Shown: positions 1 to 12,500 of the stretch, in pieces
Position numbering within the stretch: the stretch's first letter is position 1
Layout of the letters: each line of letters begins with the position of its first letter
From: Chiloscyllium plagiosum
Taxonomy: Eukaryota
Direction: 5' to 3'
DNA: 64,000 nt
Assembly (NCBI RefSeq): GCF_004010195.1
Contig: NC_057720.1
Location: 12,574,846-12,638,845 of the forward strand
Notes under the pieces: generated by a model
The model's database searches: none
What the model was told of the DNA's origin: nothing
The model's input: the letters and a program-made list of their open reading frames with translations, nothing else
Position numbers and translations under genes: made by a program

Positions 1-207
1 ATCGCATTTCCAATGCCCCTCCCCCAAGTCCCTCCTCCCTACCTTTTATCTTAGCCTGCTGGGCACACTTTCCTCATTCCTGAAGAAGGGCTTATGCCCG
101 AAATGTTGATTCTCCTGCCCCTTGGATGCTGCCTGACCTGCTGCGCTTTTCCAGCAACACATTTTCAGCTCTGATCTCCAGCATCTGCGGTCCTCAATTT
201 CTCCTCG
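1..207 (+). mobile_element. PLE terminal-repeat fragment, family 1, decayed hammerhead motif
   Basis: CTGAAGA-AGGGCTTATGCCC-GAAA-TGTT at 80-107, followed by the family tail ...gatctccagcatctgcggtcctc. Confidence 0.8.
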
Positions 208-869
208 AAGACAAAAAAGGTAGACAGCTTTGTGAGATGGAGCCAGAAGTAGGCCATTCAGCCACTTGAATCTGTCTCAGCCCTATTTCAGTCTTGCATA
301 TAGTTAACAACCCAGCCTAGACAGCTCTCTGCGGTAAAGAATACCACGGGTTCACTCTGCTCTGAGAGAAGAAATTCCTCCTTGTTTCTCCATTGGGCTC
401 AGACTTAGAGGTTTAGATCAGCAAACGTCAGGCAGAGGGTCTAAAATGTCAGCAAAGACCCCTAAAAAGCAAATGCCTTGTCCACTATCCATACTCTTTT
501 GGATTTATAACCCTTCAATGTTTTCATTCTAGGTATCAGACCAATATTCGCAACCCTGAAAAACAAACCGGGTAAATTTTTGTGAGATGTCCTGGGCTTT
601 GCCTTGCAATTTCCATCCATCACTATTCTGCCAGATTTAGCTCATCGATGGAAAATTCTTTTTGGGCAATGAACAAGAAAACAACGCATCCCTCTGTTAT
701 TGGAAACAGATCATCTGCAAAATTCTTGGATTAGTTTGTCTGACATGTTCATCACAGATATTTTATCTTTCCCACATGTGGGCTCTTAAACAAGCAGCAA
801 ATTCTGTTTTCCAGCTGCACTGTGATGGACAGCTGTTTGGAAGGAAAGAGCTTACATTTATATAGTGCC

Positions 870-1015
870 TTTGATCTTGCACTCATCAGAACATCTTGCA
901 GTATAAAGTGATACATAACTTTTATTTTACAGTATAAGAAGAGAGTGCTGATCGCTTGACAAGCACTTGATGTTCTTGCAAGTTGTCCTGATGAGTGCAC
1001 TTCAAAAAGTGTCCT
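870..1015. mobile_element. Old fold-back PLE remnant, family 6
   Basis: Inverted pair tgcactcatcagaaca / tgtcctgatgagtgca; related motifs near 24482 and 25163. Confidence 0.45.
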
Positions 1016-1235
1016 TTTTAAGAAATATTGACGCTCTGAACTCTGAAAGTGAGCTATTGATCACAGTTTCAGACTGGCCTAAAGGACTTTGCAACCCTCA
1101 AAGTACTTTTTATTCACAACTGCAATGTAAAAACAGCACACAAGTTTTCCCAGAATAGTTAGGGTGGATCCAATGGTTCGAAGGACAGATATGGAAGTGA
1201 AGCAGAAAAAGGCATTACTTGATATGGGGTGGGTG

Positions 1236-1331
1236 CTGGCAAGTGGGACTAGGTTAGGTTGGGATATCTGGTCGTCTTGGACGAGTTGGACCGAAGAGCC
1301 TGTTTCTGTGCTGTACATCTCTATGACTCTG
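1236..1331 (+). mobile_element. CR1 (HER1-like) LINE 3' tail
   Basis: ggacgagttggaccgaag...ctgtacatctctatgactct tail shared with other CR1 copies. Confidence 0.85.
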
Positions 1332-1374
1332 GTGTAGAATTGGGAGACATTTTCAAAACATTTATCCATTAATA

Positions 1375-2345
1375 AGAATAGGTGACAACACCTCTTCCAC
1401 CATAATCCTATATACCGGGGCCCCGCAAGACTGTACTCAGCCCCCTACTATACTCCTTATACACTCAACGAGTGTGTGGCCAAATTCTAGCCCAACTCCA
1501 TTTACACATTGGTTGATGATACCACCATTATAGATTGGATGTCAAACAACAAGAAGACAGAATACAGGAAAGAGATTGAGTGCTTAACGGCAGAGTGTAA
1601 ACACACCAATCTCTCCACCAATGTCAGCAAAATGAAGGAGCTGGCCATTGACCTCAGGAAGTGGAGTGGAGGGCATGCCCTTGTCTGCATCAGTGGTGCT
1701 GAGTGGAGATGGTCAAGAACATCAAGTTCCTGGGGATGATCCTGGAATGAAGAATCTATCCTGGTCCACCCATGTCGATGTTGTGATTTCTTGACCATTG
1801 CAATGTTCAACTTCCTCAGGAGGCTAAGGAAATTCAGCATGTCCACAAGGACTCTTACCAAATTTTATAAATGCACAATAGAAAGCATTCTATCTGGATG
1901 CACCACAGAATGGTTTGGCACATGTTCTTCCTGCAAGAAACTGCAGAGGGTTATGAATACAGCCCAGTCAATCACGCAAACCAGCCTTCCATCCATTGAC
2001 TCCGTCTATATTTCTTGCTGTCTTAGGAAAGCAACCAACATAATCAAAGACCCCTCCCACCCCGGTTATACTCTCTTCTACCATTTTTCATTGGACAGAA
2101 GATATATACGTCCGTACACATGCATGAACAGATTAAAGTACAGCTTCTTCCCCACTGTTATCAGACTTTTGAATGAATTTCTCAAATGTTAATGTTGTTC
2201 TCTCTCTTTGCACCTCCTGTGAGGCTGTAGCACTGTATTCTGCACTCAGTACCCTGATGCACTAGTATGATCTGCCTGTAGGGCATGCAAAACAATGTTT
2301 TTTTACTGTATCTTGATTCGTTTGATAACAATAAATCAAACTTAA
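1375..2345 (+). mobile_element. Rex1/Babar-like non-LTR retrotransposon, 5'-truncated, degenerate
   Basis: GAPQ..LSPLLYSLYT, VDDTT, NVSKMKELAIDLRK, FYKCTIESILSGC, RLKYSFFP motifs; aataaatcaaa tail. Confidence 0.8.
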
Positions 2346-2750
2346 ATTTATACCCGAGCAACATTACTATATTGAATCAAATACAAAGGTGTTAACATCT
2401 TACCTCAAGGAAAATCCGATATATTTATTTTCAGAATAAATAGCAAATGAGAGGATCAACCAATTTTGCAAACAATGGAAGTTATTAGTAGCCAAATATA
2501 ATGTGGGAGAAGTGTAAAGTGAATATAAAGTGTCCCTTCAGCTAACACTGTTGGAAAACGCTAGAGAAAAACAAAAAGCTGTCAGACTTGCCAGAGTTCA
2601 CAAGGTCAGTATTGCTCTCCAAGTCGACAGCCGTTGTAGTTGAACCCATCAAAAACTATGCTTTCAGTTCACCTTCTGTAAACACTAAATGGCTCATGCC
2701 ACAAAACCAAATCAGAAAACAGTGGTTGTGTAGAGTCAAGAATGTTCAAA

Positions 2751-2810
2751 CAATATCCGGTAATATTCCACAATATCCAGCAATATTCCACAATATCCAG
2801 CAATATTCCT
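2751..2810. repeat. Tandem repeat, 20-bp unit x3 (10-bp subunits)
   Basis: caatatccrg-yaatattcca repeated three times. Confidence 0.9.
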
Positions 2811-2924
2811 CCACAGCCTAGTCCTTCATTGAGAAACAGTAAATCAGCAAAACCTGCAGAAAGTCCAACTTTGCTCATATTGACCACTTATTGAAAGAAA
2901 ATTAATCACAAGCAATACTATGGC

Positions 2925-4005
2925 GTCATAAAGTCATACAGCACAGAAACAGACCTTTCGGTCCAACTCATCCATGCCAACCAAGTTTCCCAAACTAAAC
3001 TATAATCCCACTTGCCTGTGTTTGGCCCATATCCCTCTAAACCTTTCCTATCCATGTACTTGTTCTATCCATATACCCATCCAAATGTCTTTTAAATGTT
3101 GTAACTGCATCCACATCCACCACTTCCTCTGGCAGTTTATTCCACACGTGCACCACCATCTTTGTGAAAAAGTTGCCCCTCAGGCTCCTGTTAAATCTTT
3201 CTCCTCTCACCTTAAAAATATGCCCTCTAATTTTAAGGCATCCTAAATATGCCCATCCTGTGGAAAAGATATTCACTCTTCACCTTTTGCCCTTTATGAT
3301 TTTATAAACCTCCATAAGGTTACTTCTCAGCCTTCTCCACTCCAGTAAAAAAAAGTCCCTGCCTATCTAGCCTCGCCTTATAATGCAAACTCTCATTCAA
3401 AATCCTGGTGCTTCTCTTCTGCATCTTCTCCAGTTTAATGGGCGGCACGGTGGCACAGTGGTTAGCACTGCTGCCTCACAGTGCCTGAGACCCGGGTTCA
3501 ATTCCCGCCTCAGGTGACTGACTGTGTGGAGTTTGCACGTTCTCCCTGTGTCTGCGTGGGTTTCCTCCGGGTGCTCCGGTTTCATCCCACAGTCCAAAGA
3601 TGTGCAGCTCAGGTGAATTGGTCATGCTAAATTGCCCGTAGTGTTAGGTAAGGGGTATGGGTGGGTTGCGCTTCGGCGGGTCGGTGTGGACTTGTTGGGC
3701 CGAAGGGCCTGTTTCCACACTGTAATGTAAACTAAACTAAACTTAATAATATCCCTCCTATAGCGGGGTGACCAGAACTTTGTAAACAGAACTTCAAAAG
3801 TGGCCTCACAAATGTCCTGTACAACCTCAGCATGACATCCCAACTCCAATACTCAATGATTTCTGTTAAACACCTTCTTAACCACCCTGTCTACCTACGA
3901 GGCAACTTTTAAAGAGCTGTGTACCTGAACCCCTAGATCATTCTCTTCAACAACATTCCCCAGGGCCCCAGGGTATGAATCCTGCCCTTGTTCATTTGAC
4001 CAAAA
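2925..4005 (-). mobile_element. CR1 LINE 3' part, interrupted by HE1 SINE
   Basis: RGNFFTKMVVHVWNKLPEEVV ORF2 C-terminus; gtcata(a)ag tail. Confidence 0.9.
3440..3742 (+). mobile_element. HE1-type V-SINE (tRNA-derived), full length
   Basis: A box tggcacagtgg, B box ggttcaattcc, V-domain gtggagtttgcacgttctcc, CR1-like tail, (ctaaa)n; short ttaat TSD at 3435-3439/3743-3747. Confidence 0.92.
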
Positions 4006-4081
4006 TGAAGAGTGCCAGGTATACAGCAAATGATGAGCGTGTGCAGCCAAAACAGAAACAGGTGAATATGAACATGCTCTT

Positions 4082-4383
4082 GGGCAGCGTGGTTAGCACT
4101 GCTGCCTCACTGCACCAGGGACCTGGGTTCGATTCCAGCCTCAGGTAACTTCTATGTGGAGTTTGCACATTGTCCCTGAGTCTGCGTGGGTTTCCTCTGG
4201 GTGCTCTGATTTCCTCCCACAGGTCATACTAAATTGCCCTGTGGTGTGCAGGCTAGGTGGATTGATCAGGGTTAAGGCCAGGGAATGGGGGGGAGGGAAG
4301 AGGTTGGGTGAGAAGCTGTTTGCAGCGTAGGTGCAGACTCAATGGGCCAAATGGCCTCTATCTGCACTGTAGAGATTCTATGA
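4082..4383 (+). mobile_element. HE1-type SINE, diverged
   Basis: gtggttagcactgctgcctcac head and V-domain. Confidence 0.85.
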
Positions 4384-5179
4384 AGTGTGTGACAGTGACC
4401 ACTATCTGCTCAGATATGAATGCTATCATAGCTGTGGGCGAATGTTACAGGAGACTAACAGTATTATTATCTGAGGCAGTGGTGCTCATTAGTGCTGCCT
4501 GCATATTAAACATATGGCTAACCATCTGGGAAGGCTTGGGTAGGTTCACCACCACCAATACTTCGTATTGGTGTTCGTCTAATATACTGGTACCAAGTGG
4601 AGAAGGATGTCCACGTGAAATCTTCATCAGAAGATAGGCTCACTCTGGATTAACAGTCAAGGTTTATTACCTAGTAATTAATGGCTAGTTACATCCAGCT
4701 AAGACTCATGAGTATTCTCATGAGACTTCAACTGAGCTGAAGAGTAAGTAAAGATTGTTTCTTTAGCTATGTGCTGTTAAATTCTAAGAACAATCAGTGA
4801 AGAATTGGTTTGCACCTCCTATGATCAGTCCTTGATATCCAGATGGGTGGGGCTTCACTTGTGATGTTAGTTAACCCTTTCAGGTACTAACTAAGATGAA
4901 TACAAGAATCTTCAGGACAGCCCATTCCCTACAAACCAGCAAATTAGAAACTTGTCCCTGGCAATCATGGCAAACCACTGAAGTTCCTCTATTGTTTGAA
5001 ATACCCATCTCTTTAAAAGGCAGGAGGCTGAAGGCTGTATGATCCCTCCTCCCTGGAGCACCTGAAACCCACATCCGTTTTTACTGATTTCTATGACATT
5101 CACAATCCCCACACATTACCAGCAACAGCTAACATCTTAACTGCTTAGGTTTAAATGTGGTGTCTAAGTCTGAACTGTT

Positions 5180-6045
5180 GGAAGAAGGTTAGCTCAGAGT
5201 ACAACAGGATCTTGATCAGATGGGCAAATAGGCTGAGGAGTGGTGAATAGAGTTTAATTTAGATAAATGTGAGGTGCTGCATTTGGAGAGGCAAATGACA
5301 GTAGGACTTATTCACTCAATGGTAAGGTTCTGGGCAGTATTGCCGAACAAAGAGACCTTGGCGTGCAGGTTCATAGTTCCTTGAAAGTGGAGTAGTAGGT
5401 AGACAGAATAGTGAAGAACGTATTTGATACACTTGCCTTTATTGGTTGATGCATTGAGTAGAGGTGTTGGGAGGTCATGTGTTGCTGTACAGGATATTGG
5501 TTAGGTTACTTTTGGAATGCTGCCTTCAATTCTGGTCTCCCTGCTACAGGAAACATGTTGTTAAACTTGAAAGGGTTCAGAAAAGATTTACAAGGTGGTT
5601 GCCAGGGTTGGAAGGTTTGAGCTAATGGGAGAGGTTGAAAGGCTGGGGCTGTTTTCCCTGGAGCGTCAGAGGCTGAGGGATGACCTTATAGAGGTTTACA
5701 AAATCATGAGGGACATGGAAAGGATAAATAGACGAAGTTTTTTTCCCAACATAGGGGAGTCCAAAACTAGAGGGCATAGGTTTAGGATGAGAGGGGAAAG
5801 ATTTAGAAGGGACCTAAGGGGCAATTTTTTCACACAGAGGGTGATGTGTGTATGGAATGAGCTGCCAGAGGAAGTGGTGGAAGCTAGTACACTTACAGCA
5901 TCTGGATGTGCGTATGAAAAGCAAAGGTTTAGAGCGAAATGGGCCAAATGCTGGTAAATGGGATGATTAATTTAGGATATCTGGTCGGCATTGGACGAAT
6001 TGGACCAAAAGGTCTGTTTCTGTGTTGTACAGCTTTATGACTCTG
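5180..6045 (+). mobile_element. CR1 LINE, 5'-truncated
   Basis: RLGLFSLERQRLRDDLIEVYKIM...VWNELPEEVV; tatgactct tail. Confidence 0.92.
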
Positions 6046-6136
6046 TGACTGTAATGGTTTGATGTCAAAGCAGCAACGAAACAAGATGAAATGCTACAAC
6101 AATATATGAAGGCCATAGAATCACAGAAGTTGAATA

Positions 6137-6345
6137 CAGGCAGTCCACACGTTGCAAGTGGGTTCTGTTCTGGAGTTTGTTTGCAAGTCAATGTGTACAC
6201 AAGTTGGAACACAATGCAGGACAATATAAAGTAGCTGACTGTACAGAAAATGTTTGCCTGTGGGGATTTGAAATTATCCTCAATGCGATCACATTCGTAA
6301 ATACGAGTGTTCATAACTCAGATATTTGTTAATGAGGGATTTCTG
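6137..6345. mobile_element. Probable Tc1/pogo(Tigger)-type MITE
   Basis: TA|caggcagtcc ... ggatttctg|TA; imperfect TIRs, TA flanks, interrupts the Gypsy frame. Confidence 0.45.
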
Positions 6346-6599
6346 TAATGTGATAGAATAAACATCCAGAAATGAAAGCATTCATACACTGCAAGATCTT
6401 TCCAATGATTGAGATGTGCTGCTGGCCACATCTAAGTTTGTGCTACGCAACAAGCACACCATTACCCCCCAGACATTGAGAAAATGAATTGTTGATTTGG
6501 CCCTTGACGTTCACCAGTGAACTAGCAAAACCAAACAGATCTTTAGGAAAATGTGAGAGTTTTGGGAATTGATTGCACGGTTAAATGGCAAATTAAGTT

Positions 6600-6715
6600 G
6601 GAGAAAGTGAGGACTGCGGGTGCTGGAGATCAGAGTCACGTGTTTAACAGCAGATCAGGCAGCATCTGAGGAGCAGGAGAATCGATGTTTCGAGCATAAG
6701 CCCTTCATCAGGAAT
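6600..6715 (-). mobile_element. PLE family 1 tail with hammerhead motif
   Basis: Reverse complement CTGATGA-AGGGCTTATGCTC-GAAACATC at 6684-6711. Confidence 0.8.
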
Positions 6716-6724
6716 ACAAAGGCC

Positions 6725-7200
6725 AACAAAGAACAAAGAAAATTTACAGCCCAGGAACAGGCCCTTCGGCCCTCCAAGCCTGAGCCGATCCAAATGTACT
6801 GTCTAAACCTGTCGGTCAATTCCTAAGCATCTGTATCCCTCTGCTCCCCACCTACTCATGCATCTGCCCAGACCCGCATCTTAAATGAATCTACCGTGCC
6901 TGCCTCTACTACCTCTGCTGGCAACGCGTTCATGACACCCACCACGCTCTGTGTAAAGTACTTGCTGCATGTATCCCCCTTAAACTTTTCACCTCTCACC
7001 TTGAAAGCGTGACCTCTCGTTATTGAATCCTTCACCCTGGGATAAAGCTTATCTCTATCTACCCTGTCTATACCCTTCATGATTTTTGTAAACCTCAATC
7101 AGGTCCCCCCTCAATCTCCTTTTTTCTAATGAAAATAAACCTAGCCTACTCAACCTCTCTTCATAGCTAGCACCTTCCAGACTAGGCAACACCCTTGTAA
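6725..7200 (-). mobile_element. CR1 LINE 3' end, distinct subfamily (aacaaag tail)
   Basis: KIMKGIDRVD...RGHAFKVRG...NALPAEVVEAG. Confidence 0.88.
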
Positions 7201-8245
7201 ATGTCAAGCAGCCATCACGTTAATTCTTTATGATTCTTTTAAGAGGTCAAAGTTATTTCCTCGACCCTGGATTGAGGTTGATGTTGCTTTTGCCAACCTC
7301 CGCACTGGTGATCAGATCCATGTTCTTGTTGCTGGGTACAACAGACTCCCAGCTGTTGATATCGTTACATCAACTTCACCGGGTGCAGTGACCACAAAGC
7401 TTGACCGGATTTTCACCTTTTCTTAGAATCCCTGAAATGTGGGAAGTGGTAATGGATCCCTGCTCGACAGCGATGAATTCAGTAGATTCTCAAGCCATCC
7501 AGAATTCACTCAATGAATGGTTGGACATCTTTGGCTAAGAGTTAATGCAGAGGTCCAGAGATTTTTGTGTACCCTAAAATGTAAGAAATGTGGCTGTGGC
7601 TGAGGGCAAATTCTGAAAGTCAGCCTTGTCTCATTTTCTTTGCAATTGCAGAGTGACCCGCCAACAATCTACTGAAAAAGCCTGCAGTTACATTCTCTGT
7701 TGCACATCTTGTGCACACACATCTTTCTCAGCCACCCCACAGAGCTAATGAGCAATGTGTACTCAAACACGATTGAGAACTGGAGGGTTGACTGAGTGTA
7801 AACGCAGAGGGAAATGTGAATTTCAGAGCAGCTATAGCCAGGAGATAAAATGCTTGCGGAAAGCAAACAAAGTCTTGTGACTATTGTGGAAGGGCTAAAG
7901 ACTCTTCAGCAACCTTGCAACAATGCCATGGATCTGCACCGCCCTGAGCATAAATAACACAGTGTGGGCGGAGTTAGAGAAGAGAGAGAAACATTAGGGG
8001 GCTTGGGAGAATGCTGGTCACAAAATAAACTTTCTAAATCATCACATGGATTGTGCCTTTCTCCAAAGCAATGAGAACACATCATAAACATTGAATCTGA
8101 CACTGACATTGACATCAGATAGAGAACATGAATTAGATGAGATTTCACCTTATGTTAGATAATATCCTATTAGTGTACGTAAGTGACTGTGTGATGATCT
8201 GAACTATTTTCAGTTGGTGAACTCCTTAAAATCTTTTCATATATG

Positions 8246-8453
8246 GTTAAAAATCGCGCAACACCAGGTTATAGTCCAGCAGGTATATTTGGAAGCACTA
8301 GCTTTTGGAGCCCTACTCCTTCATCAGGTGGATGTGTGAAGGAGCAGCGCTCCGACAGCTAGTGCTTCCAAATAAACCTGTTGGACTATAACCTGGTGTT
8401 GCGTGATTTTTAACGTTGTACACCCCAGTCCAACACCGGCATCTCCAAATCAT
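8246..8453. mobile_element. Fold-back PLE family 2 element with 39-bp tail
   Basis: Arm starting gttaaaaatc (8246) inverted against ...gatttttaac (8414); tail 8415-8453; probable TSD 8235-8245/8454-8464 (9/11 match). Confidence 0.85.
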
Positions 8454-8515
8454 TCTCACATATGAGTTTGTTGGTAACAAAGTGAAACTATGTAACAAGA
8501 TGAATGATTCAGTTT

Positions 8516-8610
8516 ATGAGGAAGGGTCACTGGATCCGAAATGCTAACTCTGATTTCTCTTCACATATGTGCCAAAGCTGCTGAACTTTTCCAGCAACTT
8601 CTGTTTTTGA
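8516..8610 (+). mobile_element. PLE family 4 tail
   Basis: tgagga-agggtcactggatcc-gaaatgcta, then aactctgatttctct...ctgctgaacttttccagcaa. Confidence 0.7.
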
Positions 8611-8720
8611 TTCAGTTTATTGTTCAGACGATGGGAATGAATCATAAGACATGCTATATTTCTCATTTGCAAGAGGGGAGAGGAATGTCATAGACTCATA
8701 GAGATGTACAGCATGGAAAC

Positions 8721-9220
8721 NNNNNNNNNNNNNNNNNNNNNNNNNNNNNNNNNNNNNNNNNNNNNNNNNNNNNNNNNNNNNNNNNNNNNNNNNNNNNNNN
8801 NNNNNNNNNNNNNNNNNNNNNNNNNNNNNNNNNNNNNNNNNNNNNNNNNNNNNNNNNNNNNNNNNNNNNNNNNNNNNNNNNNNNNNNNNNNNNNNNNNNN
8901 NNNNNNNNNNNNNNNNNNNNNNNNNNNNNNNNNNNNNNNNNNNNNNNNNNNNNNNNNNNNNNNNNNNNNNNNNNNNNNNNNNNNNNNNNNNNNNNNNNNN
9001 NNNNNNNNNNNNNNNNNNNNNNNNNNNNNNNNNNNNNNNNNNNNNNNNNNNNNNNNNNNNNNNNNNNNNNNNNNNNNNNNNNNNNNNNNNNNNNNNNNNN
9101 NNNNNNNNNNNNNNNNNNNNNNNNNNNNNNNNNNNNNNNNNNNNNNNNNNNNNNNNNNNNNNNNNNNNNNNNNNNNNNNNNNNNNNNNNNNNNNNNNNNN
9201 NNNNNNNNNNNNNNNNNNNN
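8721..9220. other. Assembly gap, exactly 500 N
   Basis: N run begins inside a CR1 tail (8687-8720) that is not continued on the far side. Confidence 0.99.
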
Positions 9221-9579
9221 TTTCAGTTTCCCTCTGACAATTGGGTGGTGCTGATTTCTTTTGAAAATGTAGTGACGAGGTGGAAAGTGCTGGAAAATTC
9301 ACCAGGCCTTGCAGCAGCTGTGAAGAGAGACAAAATGCTACAGGAGGTCTTAAATAATAACAGATATTGTGATTCCCTCGGAGCTGCCATACAGACCAAA
9401 GTATTAGATGGACTTTAGGGAAGAAGCAGAGGAAAAGAATGGAGCTAAAGCAGCCATTGTTCTTTCCTAGTTTTGTCTGTAACTGCTTCAAAGTGCTAAA
9501 AGTCTCACACTCTCCATCTGCTGTCTCAATGGCGATGGGTGTGGAATATCCACTCATTAATGGTTATAGAGTCAACTTA

Positions 9580-9846
9580 TTAGATTAGATTCCCTTCAGC
9601 CCAGCAAGTCCACACTGACCCTCCGAAGAGTAACCCATCCCCTTACCCTATATTTACCCCTGACTAATGCACCTATCACTACAGGCAATTCACATGGCTA
9701 ATTTACCTGATCTGCACATCTTTGTGATTGTGGGAGGAAACCCACACAGACAATGTACAAACACCACACAGACCATCGTCCCGGGCTGGAATCTCCCTGG
9801 TGCTGTGAGGCAGCAGTGCTAACCACTGAGCCACCATGCCGCCCTT
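9580..9846 (-). mobile_element. HE1-type SINE
   Basis: (ttaga)n tail; gcagcagtgctaaccactgagccaccatgccgccc head. Confidence 0.9.
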
Positions 9847-9911
9847 CAGTGATGTGTTACTGAACCTGCAGAATCCTATGACTAGATTCAATGTGTCACC
9901 GTTTTTTTTAA

Positions 9912-10112
9912 GACTAGACTAGATTAGATTACAGTGTGGAAACAGGCCCTTCGGCCCAACAAGTCCACACCGACCCGCCGAAGCGCAACCCACCCATACC
10001 CCTACATTTACCCCTTACCTAACACTACGGGAAATTTAGCATGGCCAATTCACCTGACCTGCATATCTTTGGACTGTGGGAGGAATCCAGAGCACCCGGA
10101 GGAAACCCACGC
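9912..10112 (-). mobile_element. HE1-type SINE, 5'-truncated
   Basis: Near identical to the 3' part of 3440-3742. Confidence 0.9.
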
Positions 10113-10611
10113 AGTTGTGGTGGCACTTTCCGTCCTTCTCATTACTGCTTCTTTAAAGAATTTGGTGAAATGATAGTCTGCCCCTGGACTGCCAGATGGC
10201 AAAGAGTCAAGGGCTGGCAATTTGAATAACACCCAAGCATCCTCTCCAATACCTCATTTCTCCTTTATTCCTGAATATTATTCATTCTGCAACTCCAAAT
10301 CTGAGCCTCTATAATTCCGAGATATACCTCTGGGGCAAATAGACAGTTGTGCCATTCATTGATTCTCCACTGGGAGGCATCTTTTGTCACTTTGCCCCTT
10401 ACTCCACATCAATTGTTACTCATCTTCTCATTGTCAATGTGTGCTTAGTTTTGGCCGTTTCCTCCTATACTACCCCTTATTGTTTCTTATCTCTCTATCT
10501 GTGACTTTTCCAGATTTATCATGACTTGCAGACTATTTTAGCCAGCTCACAATTGCAAAATTCTTCTGATAGAGTCATCGAGTCGTACAGCATGGAAACA
10601 GACCCTTGGGT

Positions 10612-10745
10612 CATCATTCCTGATGAAGGACTTATGCCTGAAACGTCGACTCTCCTGCTCCTCGGCTGCTGCCTGCCCTGCTGTACTTTTCCAGCGCCAC
10701 ACTTTTCGACTCTGATCTCCAGTATCTTCAGTCCTCACTTTCTCA
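10612..10745 (+). mobile_element. PLE family 1 tail with hammerhead core
   Basis: CTGATGA (10620) ... GAAACGTC (10640-10647); stem II has a mismatch. Confidence 0.85.
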
Positions 10746-10929
10746 TTCGGTCCAACCAGTTCATGCTGACCATAATCCCAAATTAAACTACACCCACGTG
10801 CTTGCTACTGGCCCATATCCTTCCAAATCTTTCCTATTCGTGTATTTATCTGAATGTTTTTTAATGTTTTAACTGTACCCACACCCATGACCTCTTCTGG
10901 AAGTTTATTCCACACAGTAACCACCCTCC

Positions 10930-10987
10930 TCGGCGAACAGAACCACAACAATGAGCACCCGAGCTACAAATCTTCTCCCAAACTTTG
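10930..10987 (+). mobile_element. 58-bp PLE (family 3-related) extreme 3' tail with 11-bp TSD
   Basis: gagctacaaatcttctc; aaccaccctcc at 10919-10929 and 10988-10998. Confidence 0.8.
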
Positions 10988-11574
10988 AACCACCCTCCGA
11001 GTAAAATGGTTGCCACTCATGTCTTTTTAAAATATTTCTTATCTCACGATAAAAAGTATGCCCCAGTCTTGAAATCGGTCACCGTTGGGAAAAGACACTT
11101 GCCATCCGCCTTATTTATACCCCTCATTATTTTATAAAGCTCTATAAGATTATCTCTTATTTTCATATGTTTCAAGTTTGATTTAATGCTCTGGTTAGTC
11201 AAAATTGGTCAACTGCCCATTCTTCTGCTTGATGACTGTTCAGGAATTTAGCAATGAGTGCAGTTCCTCTTTCAAGGGCATTTACCTCCATGGCCTGACC
11301 CATTAAGACATTGTCCTCTCAGCATTAGATGGAAGAACTGCATACAGCTGCCTTTCTGAAGCTCATTGATCAATAAATGTTAAGGAAATGAAAGAAGGCA
11401 CAAAGGAAGCAACAATTTAACCAATTACAAACATGGTAATGTGGAACAGAATGATTAGGCTCTAAATTCAACATTGTGTTATCTTTATATGGTAACCACT
11501 GCTCGAAACAAATGCAGGCTTTATTCACCAGTAGAAATGACAAAATGGCACAATATTTCTTAAATGGTGGGTAT

Positions 11575-11995
11575 CAAAGACTCATAGAGGTGTACAACAC
11601 AGAAACATTGATCCAACCTGCTCACCAGATATCCTAAATTAATCTTGTCCCATTTGCCAGCATTTGGCCCATATTGCTCTAAACCCTTCGTATTCATACA
11701 CCCATCCAGATGCCTTTTAAATGCTGTAACTCATACCAGCCTCCACCACTTCCTCTGGCAGCTCATTCCATACACGCTCCACCCTCTGTGTGGGAAAGTT
11801 TCCCCTTAGGTCCCTTTTAAATCTATCCCCTTTCACGTAAACCTATGTCCCTTGTTTATGGTCCTCTCTACCCTGGAAAAAAAGATGTGAACTATTTACC
11901 CTAACCATGCCCCTCATGATTTTATAAACCTCTATAAGGTCACCCCATAGCTTCCTAAACACCAGGGAAAAAAGTCGCAGCCTATCCAAACTATC
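11575..11995 (-). mobile_element. CR1 3' fragment
   Basis: ccaccacttcctctggcagctcattcca...ccctcatgattttataaacctctataagg. Confidence 0.88.
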
Positions 11996-12219
11996 CTTTT
12001 TGGGAAATGTGGGTGTCGGAAGTGATCTGGGCTAAAAGCTCAGAAAAACTAAAAACAAATCTTTCTTGGTCTCAGAATTGTGTTTCACATGGGAATAGAA
12101 GTAGGCTATTCAGCCCATCAGCTCTTCTTTACCGTTCAATTACATCATGACTCAGTGCCATTTTCCCAAACAATCTCCCTATCCCTTGATGTCATTAACT
12201 TCCCTCAAAACTATTGTAA

Positions 12220-12500
12220 AATCCCTACAAAGTGGAAGCAGGTCATTTGACCCATCAAGTCCACAATGACACTCTGAAGGTCATTCTACCCAGACCCACC
12301 CACCTACATTTCCCATGACCAATTCACCTGACTTGCACATCTTTGGACTTCAGGACCATACTGGACCACCCAGAGAAAACCCCCACGCAGACACGGAGAG
12401 AATGTGCAAACTCCACACAGTCAGTCACTGGAGGGTGGGATTGAACACTAGTCCTTGGTGCTGTGAGGCAGCAGTGCTAACCACTGAGGCACCGTGCCAC
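12220..12500 (-). mobile_element. HE1-type SINE
   Basis: gtgcaaactccacacag...ggcagcagtgctaaccact. Confidence 0.88.

Larger units (their letters stand above)
6061..7510 (+). mobile_element. Ty3/Gypsy LTR-retrotransposon pol relic (linker + integrase), split by three insertions
   Basis: Manual translation: DVKAATKQDEMLQ (6061); VLRNKHTITPQTLRK*IVDLALDVHQ*TSKTKQ (6440); CQAA (7202); RPWIEVDVAFA...YNRLPAVDIVTSTS..VTTKLDRIF..IPE..SGNG (7262-7460), colinear with Gypsy HHCC and DDE integrase. Confidence 0.75.
10568..11150 (-). mobile_element. CR1 3' part carrying two PLE-tail insertions
   Basis: agagtcatcgagtcgtacagcatggaaacag tail; body resumes after each insert. Confidence 0.85.

Noticed and set aside
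3440..3515. tRNA genes at SINE heads
   Set aside because: A/B boxes continue into V-domain and LINE tail; these are SINEs.
8688..9557. 289-aa and 177-aa ORFs
   Set aside because: They run through the N gap.
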